Positions 38,869-47,925 of a stretch of DNA of 64,000 bases are shown one piece after another. The translations under genes and the position numbers were made by a program. The stretch comes from Candidatus Eiseniibacteriota bacterium. GTDB lineage: Bacteria; Eisenbacteria; RBG-16-71-46; DASYSL01. The stretch covers positions 17-64,016 of the forward strand of contig JBKJJJ010000162.1 in the NCBI GenBank assembly GCA_046598045.1, in the 5' to 3' direction. How positions within the stretch are numbered: position 1 is the first letter of the stretch; each line of letters starts with the position of its first letter. The notes beneath the pieces were generated by a model. It was not told the origin of the DNA and did no database searches. It was given only the letters and a program-made list of their open reading frames with translations.

Positions 38869-40298
38869 GGCAGCACCACCAGGGCGCGGGCCACGCTCGC
38901 GCCGTCGGCGGACAGCCGCACCCGGTAGACGCCGGGAGCGACGCGCTGCCCGCGTCCATCCTCGAGATCCCACGACGCGGACTGTTCCGCGCCGGTGGCG
39001 TCGCCCTGCCACAACCACGCGACGATGCGGCCGCGCACGTCGAACACTTCAAGGCTCGCCGGGGCGCCGGCCGGAGCGCGGAAGGAGACGGAAGCACGCG
39101 TGCGCGCCGGCTGCGGGAACGGCGCGGCAAGCGCGACCCGCGCGGCCGCACCCGGCGCGCGCCCCACGCCGACCAGCGGCGGGCCGAGCGCGAACAGCTT
39201 GCCGTTCTTGGCGCCGAAGAACACCGCGCCGTCGGCCGCGATCGCGGCCGAGGAACGCACGGCCGCTCCGGCAGCGAACTTCCAGCGCAGGCTCCCCCCC
39301 GCGTTCAGGCAATAGAACGTCGAGTCATCCGACCCGAAGTAGACCGTGCCGTCGGCGGCGACGACCGGCGACGAGCGAATCACGTTACGCGCATAATAGC
39401 GCCACAGCACCGCGCCGTTCGCCGGCGCGAGCGCGGCCACGTGGGAGCCGGTCGCGACCACGATCGAGCCGTCGGCGCGGATCGCCGGCGTGGTGTCGAC
39501 GTTCGCGGTGTCGCTGAAGACCCACTTCAGGGCCCCCGTCGGCCGCAGGGCATAGAGGAAGCGGTCCTCGCTCCCCTGGTAGATCGTCGAATCCTCGGCC
39601 ACGGCCGGAGACGCCAGGTCGATGATGGCGCCGGTGGTCCCGAACCAGAGCTGCGTCCCCGCCGGCGTGATCGCGTAGATGCGCGCGTCGTAGGACCCGA
39701 CATAGATGTCCCCGAGCGGTCCGAGCGCGGGCGAGGAGCGCACGTTGCCTCCCGTGGGGAACGACCACACCGGGGCGCCGGCCGCGGTGAAGCGGTACAG
39801 CAGGTTGTCGCCATTGCCGGCCAGGACGTCCCCCGAGGGGAGGATCAGCGGCGAGGACCGGAACGTGCTCCCGCCGCGAAATTTCCAGCGCAGGGTGCCG
39901 CTCACGTTGACCGCGTAGAGCGTTGAATCCATCGAACCGACGTAGATCGTCCCATCGGCGGCCACCGCGGGGCTCGAGAACCGGATCGGCCCGTTGGTGG
40001 CGAACGCCCAGTGCAGCACACCGTCGGGCTGCACGGCATAGAGCTTTCCGTCGTCGCAGCCCACGTACACGGTCCCGTCCGCGCCGAGCGCGGGTGAAGA
40101 GCGGTCGATCGAGTCCGCCGCCTGGAAGATCCAGCGCAACTGCGGGGATGCCAGCCCCGGGGCGCTCGAGCGGCCCCGGTGCGCGGCACCGCCGTGAAAC
40201 ATCGGCCAGGGCGAGGGCGCGAGCTGCGCCTTCGACGGGGAGGCCGCCGCACTGAGCAGCAGGGTCAGCAGGACAATGGAGTTCCATCGGGATCGCAT
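38865..40298 (-). CDS. Secreted PQQ-like beta-propeller repeat protein with T9SS-type C-terminal domain (cassette copy 1)
   Basis: 477 aa from internal ATG (signal MRSRWNSIVLLTLLLSAAASPSKAQ); repeated 'DGT.Y.GS.D..LYA' PQQ/BamB-like units; C-terminus '...LEVFDVRGRIVAWLWQG...APGVYRVRLSADGASVARALVVLP'; paralog of 47922..49370. Confidence 0.75.
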   Translation of the reverse strand: MRSRWNSIVLLTLLLSAAASPSKAQLAPSPWPMFHGGAAHRGRSSAPGLASPQLRWIFQAADSIDRSSPALGADGTVYVGCDDGKLYAVQPDGVLHWAFATNGPIRFSSPAVAADGTIYVGSMDSTLYAVNVSGTLRWKFRGGSTFRSSPLILPSGDVLAGNGDNLLYRFTAAGAPVWSFPTGGNVRSSPALGPLGDIYVGSYDARIYAITPAGTQLWFGTTGAIIDLASPAVAEDSTIYQGSEDRFLYALRPTGALKWVFSDTANVDTTPAIRADGSIVVATGSHVAALAPANGAVLWRYYARNVIRSSPVVAADGTVYFGSDDSTFYCLNAGGSLRWKFAAGAAVRSSAAIAADGAVFFGAKNGKLFALGPPLVGVGRAPGAAARVALAAPFPQPARTRASVSFRAPAGAPASLEVFDVRGRIVAWLWQGDATGAEQSASWDLEDGRGQRVAPGVYRVRLSADGASVARALVVLP

Positions 40299-40305
40299 GT
40301 GCGCC

Positions 40306-41241
40306 TCAGCGGGTTGCAGTGATCGCGAGTCCGATTTCGCGGACGGAATAGTCCTTGGAGCTGCGCGTCGAGGTCCGCCGGCGCCCGGCGCCGCGGACCT
40401 CCGCCCGCACGGGGCCGGCGAGGGCGTGGCCGATCGCGAATTCGCCCCGCCAGCGGTCGTCTTCGCGCCCGAAGTTGGACGCAAAGGGGCGGCCGGTCCG
40501 GTAATCCCGCAGCGCGAATTCGCCGAGGGCGCGCACCGAGATCTCCGCGACGGGTACGAACTCGCCTTCGAGGCGCACCGCATTTTGCGCGTAGGTGTAG
40601 AGGTCGGTCACGGAGTTCGCGTGCCGATAGACGTAGGACAGCGCGAGCCGCTTGCCCGGGTCGAAGCGGCGCTCGACCACGGAACGAAGGGTGGTTCTCC
40701 GGTCGTCGCGCTCGTTGGCGATCGGTATGAAATCCTCGTGGTCGCGGGTGAAGACGAACTGCGCCATCCATCCCGGGGCGGGCTCGTACCGGCCCTCGAA
40801 ACCCCAGTGGTCGCGATCGAGGCGGACATCGCCCCCGCTCCTGGGAAAGTACAGCTCGTCGCGCGTGAATCCGCCGAAGCCCCGCAGGCGAACCGGGCCG
40901 CGCCGCACGTCGAGGCCGAACTCCCAGCGGTCCAGGTTGCGTGCGCTCCAGGTGTCGTAGCGCTCTGCCGTCCAGCTCACCCAGGGCTTGACGCGCAGGC
41001 CGTGGGCCAGGCGGAACGTGACCTCGGGCTTGAGGACGAGACGCAGCCCGTTGTCCGATTCGAGCTCGGGCCCACCCGGGAACAGGTCGGTGGTGTGGAA
41101 GCCCGCGAGGGCGAGATCTCCGCCCCATGTCACCGCAGCCGCCGAAGCCGCCCTGGCCTGCGCAGGAAACATGGCTCCGCCCAAAAGGATGGAAACCCCG
41201 AGAATCAATGCAAGATGCGATCCGGGCAGGCGCAAGGCGAC
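40306..41241 (-). CDS. Putative outer-membrane beta-barrel protein (cassette copy 1)
   Basis: Alternating hydrophobic pattern, many Y/W/R; paralog of 49388..50335; start uncertain (GTG at 41241 gives signal-like LRLPGSHLALILGVSILLGGAMFPAQARA). Confidence 0.5.
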   Translation of the reverse strand, partial: VALRLPGSHLALILGVSILLGGAMFPAQARAASAAAVTWGGDLALAGFHTTDLFPGGPELESDNGLRLVLKPEVTFRLAHGLRVKPWVSWTAERYDTWSARNLDRWEFGLDVRRGPVRLRGFGGFTRDELYFPRSGGDVRLDRDHWGFEGRYEPAPGWMAQFVFTRDHEDFIPIANERDDRRTTLRSVVERRFDPGKRLALSYVYRHANSVTDLYTYAQNAVRLEGEFVPVAEISVRALGEFALRDYRTGRPFASNFGREDDRWRGEFAIGHALAGPVRAEVRGAGRRRTSTRSSKDYSVREIGLAITATR

Positions 41242-41308
41242 CTCATGAGCTGGTGTACAAACTAGTAAGTGGTTATCGCCTGCGATCAGATACAGCTTCA
41301 GCAGGAAA

Positions 41309-41527
41309 TCATGGCCACGTGGGGTTTTTTCGAATGGCGGGGTCGGACCCGGGGGAGTCGCCGGAAATCTCGGGCCGGAGAGCGGCCGCCAGGTCGAGGA
41401 TGCCCGCACCATCGTCCCGCGTGGCCTCCGGGACCGACGGGTCGATCGGCGCCGTGGTCAGGGACAGGCGCTCCAGTACTTGCGACGGCGACCAGTCCGG
41501 GTGCAGCGCGAGCCGCGCAAACACCGG
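41309..41527 (-). pseudogene. Remnant of subtilisin (S8) C-terminus, diverged copy of 3' end of 50517..51854
   Basis: '...LALHPDWSPSQVLERLSLTTAPIDPSVPEATRDDGAGILDLAAAL...' aligns with '...AAHPDWSRTKVLARMQQTATPIEPTVPGATTLFGAGILNLGAAL...'; no upstream catalytic domain. Confidence 0.45.
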
Positions 41528-41864
41528 AATGCGGCGATCCGTCGAGACCGATCCCCTCATGAATTTCCTCCTCGATGGGCGCGTTGCTCGGCCTTTGAGG
41601 TTACCACGGATTCGCCCGCCAGACGCGTCGGGCGATCCCTGATCCCGGAGCGCACCTCGAGCCGGTCGCCCGCGTCTCCCAACCATGTCCACGCGCCCGC
41701 GTTCCAGCGTTCGAAGGTCCTGCGCAGGCAGCGGTTGCGCGCGGACGCCAGGGCCTGACGGAGCGTTGCACCCTGCACGAGCCCTCCTGGAGAGAGCCCG
41801 GCCGTGGATCCAAGATGACAGCAGGACGCCCTGTCGGCTGCCGGTCCCGGATGGCGGCGGCACG

Positions 41865-43685
41865 TCAGAGGATCGGCACGCTGGCGGCGGTCTGCATCGC
41901 GCACAGGCGCGCGTACTTGCCGTTGCGCGCGAGGAGCGCGTCGTGACCGCCCTGTTCCACGATCCGGCCGTGCTCGAGGACCACGATGCGATCGGCGAAT
42001 CGAACGGTGGCGAGGCGATGGGCGATGATCAGCGTCGTCCGCCCGGCTGCGGCGCGTTCGAGCGCGTCGATGACGATCCGTTCCGAGGCGACATCGAGCC
42101 CGCTCGTCGGTTCGTCGAGGATGACGATCGGGGCATCGCGAAGGACGGCCCGGGCGATCGCGATGCGCTGCTTCTGTCCGCCCGAGAGGCTGGCACCGCG
42201 CTCGGCCACCGGCGACTGGTACCCGTTCGGCATCCGGGTGATGAATTCCTCGGCGTTCGCCATCCGGGCCGCGGATGCGATTTCCTCGGCGCTGGCGGTC
42301 GGGCGACCGAACGCGATGTTCTCACCGACGGTGCCGCTGAACAGGAGGGCGTCCTGGAGCACGAGGCTGATCTGATCGCGAAGCGACTGCAGTTCCAGGT
42401 CGCGGACATCCTCGCCGTCCAGGTGGACACTGCCCTCCGTCGCGTCGAAGAATCTGGGGATCAGTCCGACGAGCGTGCTCTTGCCCGCCCCGGTGGCGCC
42501 GACGATGGCAACGCGTTCCCCCGGCGCGATGTCGAGGTCGAGTGAGGTCAGTACGGGTTGTCCCGGCGCGTAAGCGAAGGACACGTTTCGGAATTCGATC
42601 CGACCCTTGAGGCGGGACACACGACGCGCGCCCGGTCGGCTCGCGACCTCCGTCCGTACCTGGAACACGTCCTGGATGCGCTCGAGCGCAATTGCCGCGC
42701 GGCTCACCGAGGTGGAGAGGCGCGCAAGCGCCTTCATCGGCGCGTAGAAGTTCGTCACATAGGCGAAAAAGACGATCAGGTCCCCGGTGGTCAGCTCGTT
42801 CGCGAGCACCCGCGTGGCGCCGTTCCACATCACGATCACCAGCCCGATGGCGGCGAGCACATCCACCAGCGGTGCGACTCGCGCCTGGTAGCGCACGCCC
42901 TCGAGATACGCGCGCAGGCTGTTCTCGCCCTGGAGTTGAAACCGCTCGTCCTGTTGCTGCTCCTGGGCGAGGCCTTGCACGATGCGGATCGCGACGAAGG
43001 TCTCCTGCGCGACGGACGCCAGCACGCCGTCGCTCATGCGCGCCGCGCGCGCAGCGATCTTGATCCGCCGCGTGTAGCGCACGACGATCCAGAACAGGAT
43101 CGGCGCCACGGACAGGGACGCCAACGCGAACTGCCAGTTGAGCCAGAACATGAGCCCCAGCATGGCGACCAGGAGGCAGGCGTTGCTCAGGAGCAGGATG
43201 GAGCCGTTGGCGACGAGGTCCTGGAGTGCACTGACGTCGCCCGTCAGGCGGGACATCAGGTCGCCGGTCCGCTGCTGGTCGTGGTAGCGAAGCGAGAGCC
43301 GCTGGATGTGGGCGAACAGCCGGCAGCGCAACTGGAACGCGAAACGCTGGGCGACGACGCCCACCGACCGCGTGAAGGCGTAGGTCAGGAGGCCCGTGAT
43401 GACCGCGATGAACAATGTGGTCGCGCAGGCGCCGAACAGGACACGCATGGGATCGTGGGCCGACTGGTTGACCCACTCCCCGATGAACGGGACGCGCGTG
43501 TGCCTGTGCGAAAGCACGGTGTCGATCACGACCTTGAGAGGCCACGGGCGCAGGGCGGTGAGCAGCGCATCGAGGATCATGGCGAGCGCGGCCCAAAGCA
43601 GCGGCGTTCGAAATGGCCGGAGGAGCGGAAGAAAGTGCGCGGACCAGCTGTCGGACGACTTGTCCCCGGGCGCTCGTTCAGCCAT
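41865..43685 (-). CDS. ABC transporter, fused permease/ATPase (MsbA-like exporter)
   Basis: 606 aa from internal ATG; TM region then Walker A 'GATGAGKST', 'LSGGQKQRIAIARA', 'IVILDEPTSGLD'. Confidence 0.85.
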   Translation of the reverse strand: MAERAPGDKSSDSWSAHFLPLLRPFRTPLLWAALAMILDALLTALRPWPLKVVIDTVLSHRHTRVPFIGEWVNQSAHDPMRVLFGACATTLFIAVITGLLTYAFTRSVGVVAQRFAFQLRCRLFAHIQRLSLRYHDQQRTGDLMSRLTGDVSALQDLVANGSILLLSNACLLVAMLGLMFWLNWQFALASLSVAPILFWIVVRYTRRIKIAARAARMSDGVLASVAQETFVAIRIVQGLAQEQQQDERFQLQGENSLRAYLEGVRYQARVAPLVDVLAAIGLVIVMWNGATRVLANELTTGDLIVFFAYVTNFYAPMKALARLSTSVSRAAIALERIQDVFQVRTEVASRPGARRVSRLKGRIEFRNVSFAYAPGQPVLTSLDLDIAPGERVAIVGATGAGKSTLVGLIPRFFDATEGSVHLDGEDVRDLELQSLRDQISLVLQDALLFSGTVGENIAFGRPTASAEEIASAARMANAEEFITRMPNGYQSPVAERGASLSGGQKQRIAIARAVLRDAPIVILDEPTSGLDVASERIVIDALERAAAGRTTLIIAHRLATVRFADRIVVLEHGRIVEQGGHDALLARNGKYARLCAMQTAASVPIL

Positions 43686-44826
43686 GCAAGCCGTCCCCGT
43701 GCCCGTCGCGAGTCCCGGGAGACGGAAGTTCCAGGGTGCCGCCCAGGTCGTCGATGTGGAGGAGGTCGTGCAGGCCCGACCTGTCGGCCAGGCGCGTGAG
43801 CAACCGCGCCGACGCGGCGCCTCGCAGGAGCTTCGGCTGATAGTGGGCGCGCAGGTCACGGTTCTTCACGTAGGTCGGATAGAGATGAAGCACGGTGCGG
43901 CGTTCTTCGAATCGAATCCCAAGCAGCATCGACTCGGCACGGCTGTTCGCGGAGCCGAACGCGAAGTTTCCGAGGCTGTAGATGATGGGACGGCCGCGAT
44001 GCAGTTCGATCGGCTGGATCACGTGGGAATGGTGGCCGATCACGGCGTCCGCCCCGCAGTCGATCGCGAAGCGGGCCTTGGCGCGATCCTCGGCGGTCGG
44101 CTCGGCCTCGTACGGCAATCCCCAATGCACGGTGACGACGATCCGATCGGCGCGACCGCGCAGCGCCCGAATGTCCCGGACGAGATCATCCGGCGTGTCC
44201 ATCGCGCTCCCCGGCCGGGTTGACGTCGCCGCGGTCCGGCGATTCCAGTAGTAGCCGAGCAGGCCGATGCGATATGGCCCCGCCTCGAGGATGACCGGCG
44301 CGTGCGCCGCAAGCTCGTTCTCCCCGCCCCCAATGGCAAGCACGCCGGCGGTCGCCAACGCTTCGAGCGTCTCGAGCACACCCTCCACACCGCAATCGAG
44401 CAGGTGATTGTTCGCCAGGTTCACGACGTTGATTCCCGCCCGCTTGAGCGTGGATGCCGTCCGCGGATGGACCCGGTAGGAAAAGTGGCGATCCTGCTTC
44501 TCCGCGTATTTCGCGAGCGGCCCCTCGAGGTTTGCGAGCACGATCGGCGCCTGGCGGAGCAGCGGGGCCACCCCCTCGAACGGGTACTCCGGCCCATACT
44601 TTTCGATCGCCTTCCGGGCCCGTCCGCCGAGCATGACGTCGCCGCCGGCAAGGAGTGAGAGTCCCAGCGGTTCCGCACTGGCCAGGTACGCCTCGAGCGC
44701 CGGCCCCGAGACCAGGTCCTCGTCCGCCGGAATCTCCTCCGGGTGCACGTGATTCAGCATGACCTGGTGGGCCGCCAGGATCGCCCGGCGGGAAGTCGTC
44801 GGCAGGCGTCCGGCCTCATCCTTCAT
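43678..44826 (-). CDS. CapA/PGA_cap-family metallophosphatase (poly-gamma-glutamate synthesis/capsule family)
   Basis: 382 aa from internal ATG; 'GDVMLGG...NLEGPL...NVVNLANNH...GHHSH...SLGNFAF' CapA blocks. Confidence 0.7.
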   Translation of the reverse strand: MKDEAGRLPTTSRRAILAAHQVMLNHVHPEEIPADEDLVSGPALEAYLASAEPLGLSLLAGGDVMLGGRARKAIEKYGPEYPFEGVAPLLRQAPIVLANLEGPLAKYAEKQDRHFSYRVHPRTASTLKRAGINVVNLANNHLLDCGVEGVLETLEALATAGVLAIGGGENELAAHAPVILEAGPYRIGLLGYYWNRRTAATSTRPGSAMDTPDDLVRDIRALRGRADRIVVTVHWGLPYEAEPTAEDRAKARFAIDCGADAVIGHHSHVIQPIELHRGRPIIYSLGNFAFGSANSRAESMLLGIRFEERRTVLHLYPTYVKNRDLRAHYQPKLLRGAASARLLTRLADRSGLHDLLHIDDLGGTLELPSPGTRDGHGDGLHG

Positions 44827-44857
44827 GGGTTCGCGCACGAGGGCGACCTCCCGAAAT

Positions 44858-46096
44858 TCAAAGCGCCGCCATGCCACGCGCGGCGAAGACCTGTGCGATG
44901 AGAGCGCCATGACGCCCGGATTGGAGGAGCTGGTCGGCGGAGAGCAGCGCCGACAGGCCCGTCTCGAACCCGTCTCGCGCCCGGCAGGTGCCTGCCACGG
45001 TCGCCGGGCTCGCTTTCCCGCTCCGCCGACCCAACTCGAGAAGCATGCCGAGGACGAGTCGATCAGTGATGCGGGAGCCGCACGCCGGGTCCGCGGTGAT
45101 CCGTGTCCGCAGGTCCCAGAGCGCGGCGCCCCAGATCGTGCCATTCGCGTGCGGGTCCGCGCGGGGACCCGGGTCGAAGTCCGCCATCGTCCGCGGCGAG
45201 ACCAGGCTTCGGGCGTGAGGCGGCCGCCCGTCATGGCCATGGTGCCAGGCCCAGATGTGCGGCACGCCGAGCATCGTGGCCGCCCAGTAATCGCTCGTCC
45301 CTTCGTCCAGCGCGGTCTTGCGATTGTCCTGGCGATCGGGACGCCGCAGGGAATTGGCCCGAAGATCGGCCGTGTGACGCGCGATGTGATGTCCGTACTC
45401 GTGGTAGAGAATGCCGGCGTTATGCGACGCATTGGCCCGGTACTTCTCGCCGACGGCCCTCACGATCGCCCCCGCCTCGAGTAACTGCCGGCCGGGCCCG
45501 AGATGAATCTCGCCCTGGGTCGAGAGCGGCACGGGTTCGGGAATGTCGTACCTGCGAGCGGGCAGGCGGTAGTGCCCGCCCTGAAACGCCAGCCATCGCT
45601 CCCCGCGCCGGACTCCGTTGCGCTTGCCGGCACAGTCGGTCGCCGCGTGATGCGCATTGACGACGGCGACCACACGGGGAAGAGACGGCGCGCCGAGTTC
45701 GTGGAGCAGCTCGTCCACGTAGGAGGCGACGCGATCGAGGTGATGGTAGGTGTTGGTTTCGCCGAAGTGGGATGCACCCACGTAGCGCTCCCGCCAGTGC
45801 GCTTTGGCGCTCGAGTGCGTGTCCATCCGTCCCCCGCCGCGGCCCGGTTCGAACAGGAAGTCCCCCGCCTCATTGGGCCTCGCGTTTCCGATGGCGAGCG
45901 CTTCCGGCTCCCCCCGGTCGGTTCCCAGCCCGGGGAGCTCGCCCCCGTTGCGCACCTCGACGAAGCGGCCGACGAGGCGCGGGACGCCGTCCGCCTGGGG
46001 TTCGAGCCGCAGAAGCGGTTCGACTCCAAGGACGACGCTGCCGCTCGACGCCTCTGCGCCATCGGGCCGCCAGAGGTAGACCCGGCCGCGGCTCAT
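44858..46096 (-). CDS. Zinc metallopeptidase, thermolysin-like/gluzincin (HEYGHH ... EGTSDYW)
   Basis: 412 aa from internal ATG overlapping upstream stop (ATGA); 'ILYHEYGHHIARH' then 'ALDEGTSDYWAATM'; no obvious signal peptide. Confidence 0.55.
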   Translation of the reverse strand: MSRGRVYLWRPDGAEASSGSVVLGVEPLLRLEPQADGVPRLVGRFVEVRNGGELPGLGTDRGEPEALAIGNARPNEAGDFLFEPGRGGGRMDTHSSAKAHWRERYVGASHFGETNTYHHLDRVASYVDELLHELGAPSLPRVVAVVNAHHAATDCAGKRNGVRRGERWLAFQGGHYRLPARRYDIPEPVPLSTQGEIHLGPGRQLLEAGAIVRAVGEKYRANASHNAGILYHEYGHHIARHTADLRANSLRRPDRQDNRKTALDEGTSDYWAATMLGVPHIWAWHHGHDGRPPHARSLVSPRTMADFDPGPRADPHANGTIWGAALWDLRTRITADPACGSRITDRLVLGMLLELGRRSGKASPATVAGTCRARDGFETGLSALLSADQLLQSGRHGALIAQVFAARGMAAL

Positions 46097-47235
46097 GCGG
46101 CAGGGGGCATGCTCGGGGCCGACCCGACGGCCCCCGACCCGGTCCTCTGACGCGCGAGTTGCTCGAGGCGCTCGTTGAGCTTGCCGCGCTCCAGTTCCTG
46201 CGCCGTGATGCAGCGCACGCCGGAACCCGCGTGCGCTTCCCGCATGGCGAGCGGGCTCATGCTCAGGAGTCCGGAGATCGCCTCGGGAACGATGCCCCAG
46301 TCGCGCAGCGTCCACACGCCGCCCAGCGCTCCGAGCGGATCGCTGGTGGCGAAGACCCATGCGTCGACGGTGCGTGTGAATGCGGGGGATTGCAGCAGGG
46401 CCGCCGTCTCCTTCTGGAGCAGGCCGTCGGCAATCTCGATCACGACCCACTCGGCGCCGTGCGACGCCGCGTTCGAGACCAGGACCCGATGGAGATCGAG
46501 CAGCTCGTCGAGCGTGCAGAGGTACGTCGATGGATGCCCACCGTCGACGAAGTCGAGGGCAACGCACGCGCCCGTGTCCTTGACTTTCCAGAGATCCCGC
46601 CCGGTGGCAGTGCCGGTCAGCTTGATCGCCGCCACGCGATGGTTTCCCCTCTGCAATCCGACGATCAGGCTCGCTGCGGTGTGGGTCTTGCCCGCGTCCA
46701 TGGAGGATCCGCACACGACGACGACGTGGGGCCGGTGCGCATGCGGCTGCGCCTCGAGCGCGAACTGACGGAGGTTCAGCGGTTGCCCCTGGGCATTGCC
46801 GAGCGCGCCGAGCTGGCGGAGACGGGTCGGTTCGACGATCCCGTCACACTTGCTGACGACCATTCCGCAGACGCCCCCCACCGAGAGCAGGTCGCAAAAC
46901 GTGCCATCGGAACGCGCGTACCCCTCGAACTGCTGGGTCGCGTACCGGTTTCCGAAAGCCACCGCGATCAGGTCCCCCTCGTGCAGGTTGCAGATGCGCC
47001 CGGACGCGAGTTCGAGTCGCGTGTTCTTCCCGATCCTCTCCACTTGTGCCAGGACGATGTCCCCCGCACGCGCGGATGTCGGCGTCGGCAGGAGCGTCCC
47101 GACGGCGGCTTCGGGCACGCGTCGCAGGGCGTACGGGAAGCGGATCGTCGCCCTCATGCAGTCATCGAGGCGGCGGATCCCGTTGGTCGAGTTGATCCCG
47201 TTCTGGTTCAAGAAACCTCCCGGATGCTTGGCCAC
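46093..47235 (-). CDS. P-loop containing protein of unknown function (DUF1611-like)
   Basis: 380 aa; Walker-A-like 'GSSMDAGKTHTA'; weak recollection of DUF1611 family, low confidence in family name. Confidence 0.4.
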   Translation of the reverse strand: MAKHPGGFLNQNGINSTNGIRRLDDCMRATIRFPYALRRVPEAAVGTLLPTPTSARAGDIVLAQVERIGKNTRLELASGRICNLHEGDLIAVAFGNRYATQQFEGYARSDGTFCDLLSVGGVCGMVVSKCDGIVEPTRLRQLGALGNAQGQPLNLRQFALEAQPHAHRPHVVVVCGSSMDAGKTHTAASLIVGLQRGNHRVAAIKLTGTATGRDLWKVKDTGACVALDFVDGGHPSTYLCTLDELLDLHRVLVSNAASHGAEWVVIEIADGLLQKETAALLQSPAFTRTVDAWVFATSDPLGALGGVWTLRDWGIVPEAISGLLSMSPLAMREAHAGSGVRCITAQELERGKLNERLEQLARQRTGSGAVGSAPSMPPAA

Positions 47236-47238
47236 GGT

Positions 47239-47925
47239 CTATTGGAGATACAGCGTTCGCAGGTGCGTCGCAGCCTGCACGGAGTTTGGGAGTTGCAGCT
47301 TGACGCGCCAGTTGTAGGCCCCGGGCGGCAGCGCCTGGCCTGTGTACGAACCGCGGTTTCCGGTGCCGTTCCAGTCCGCCTGTGTGCTTCGGCTCCGGAT
47401 CGAGGTCCAGGCGATCACGCCATCGACGGAGAGCCGCGCACTGGCGGTCAGATAGGGCGCGCGGGACTCGCTCCACGTGAACCGGAGGGGCGCCGAGAAG
47501 GAGGGCAATGGTGCCACGGCGCCGTCCCCCGGTGTGAGGAGGGCCAGCCCGGCCGCGTCGACGTCCAGCGGCACGATCGCGATGGCATCCCCGGAATGGA
47601 GGACGTCGAAGAAGGCGCGCACATAGCCCAGATCTTCGGGGGCCGTCGGGGAGACCCGGATGACCCAGCGGCCAGGCGGAACGGCCTGGAAGCCATAGCC
47701 CCCCGAACCATCGGTCACGGTGGAGTCGATCGCGGCCTCGAGCGAGTCATGGACGGCAAGGAGGATGGTCATCCCCGCCGCAGCCACGCCGGCGCGCAAG
47801 ACCCGTCCCGTGACCTGCGGGCTGCCCGGCGGAGCCGTGACCGCCTGCTCACGGGCCAGTCCGCATCCGACGGTCGCGATCAGCATCGCTGCCACCGTCC
47901 AGCCTGCCGTGCGCCCGGGTCTCAC
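47239..47925 (-). CDS. Lipoprotein with CarbopepD_reg-like domain (cassette copy 2)
   Basis: 228 aa; lipobox 'LIATVGC'; paralog of 38185..38868; ATGA overlap with PQQ gene. Confidence 0.6.
   Translation of the reverse strand: MRPGRTAGWTVAAMLIATVGCGLAREQAVTAPPGSPQVTGRVLRAGVAAAGMTILLAVHDSLEAAIDSTVTDGSGGYGFQAVPPGRWVIRVSPTAPEDLGYVRAFFDVLHSGDAIAIVPLDVDAAGLALLTPGDGAVAPLPSFSAPLRFTWSESRAPYLTASARLSVDGVIAWTSIRSRSTQADWNGTGNRGSYTGQALPPGAYNWRVKLQLPNSVQAATHLRTLYLQ

Noticed and set aside
38185-39018. CarbopepD-like lipoproteins as additional T9SS or WGxxKxxYR cargo
   Set aside because: Their C-termini (…RYAWRVKLRLPAGVQAASRVRVLVLE / …AYNWRVKLQLPNSVQAATHLRTLYLQ) share W-R-V-K-L but lack the WG…YR-COOH spacing and the full CTD pattern; similarity judged too weak to call.
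36968-39151. 727-aa ORF on minus strand
   Set aside because: Only 36968-38188 (glycosyltransferase) is supported; the N-terminal 320 codons overlap the lipoprotein and PQQ genes in another frame and are Arg-rich noise.
40306-41412. ATG at 41412 as start of the putative OMP (copy 1)
   Set aside because: The first 57 residues lack a signal peptide; a signal-like segment (LALILGVSILLGGAMFPAQARA) appears only after an internal GTG, paralleling the signal of the copy-2 paralog; start left as uncertain.
44858-46714. Long N-terminal extension (206 codons) of the metalloprotease ORF
   Set aside because: Extension overlaps the upstream P-loop gene and is Arg/Gly-rich; internal ATG at 46096 forms an ATGA overlap with the upstream stop, matching the operon-wide pattern.
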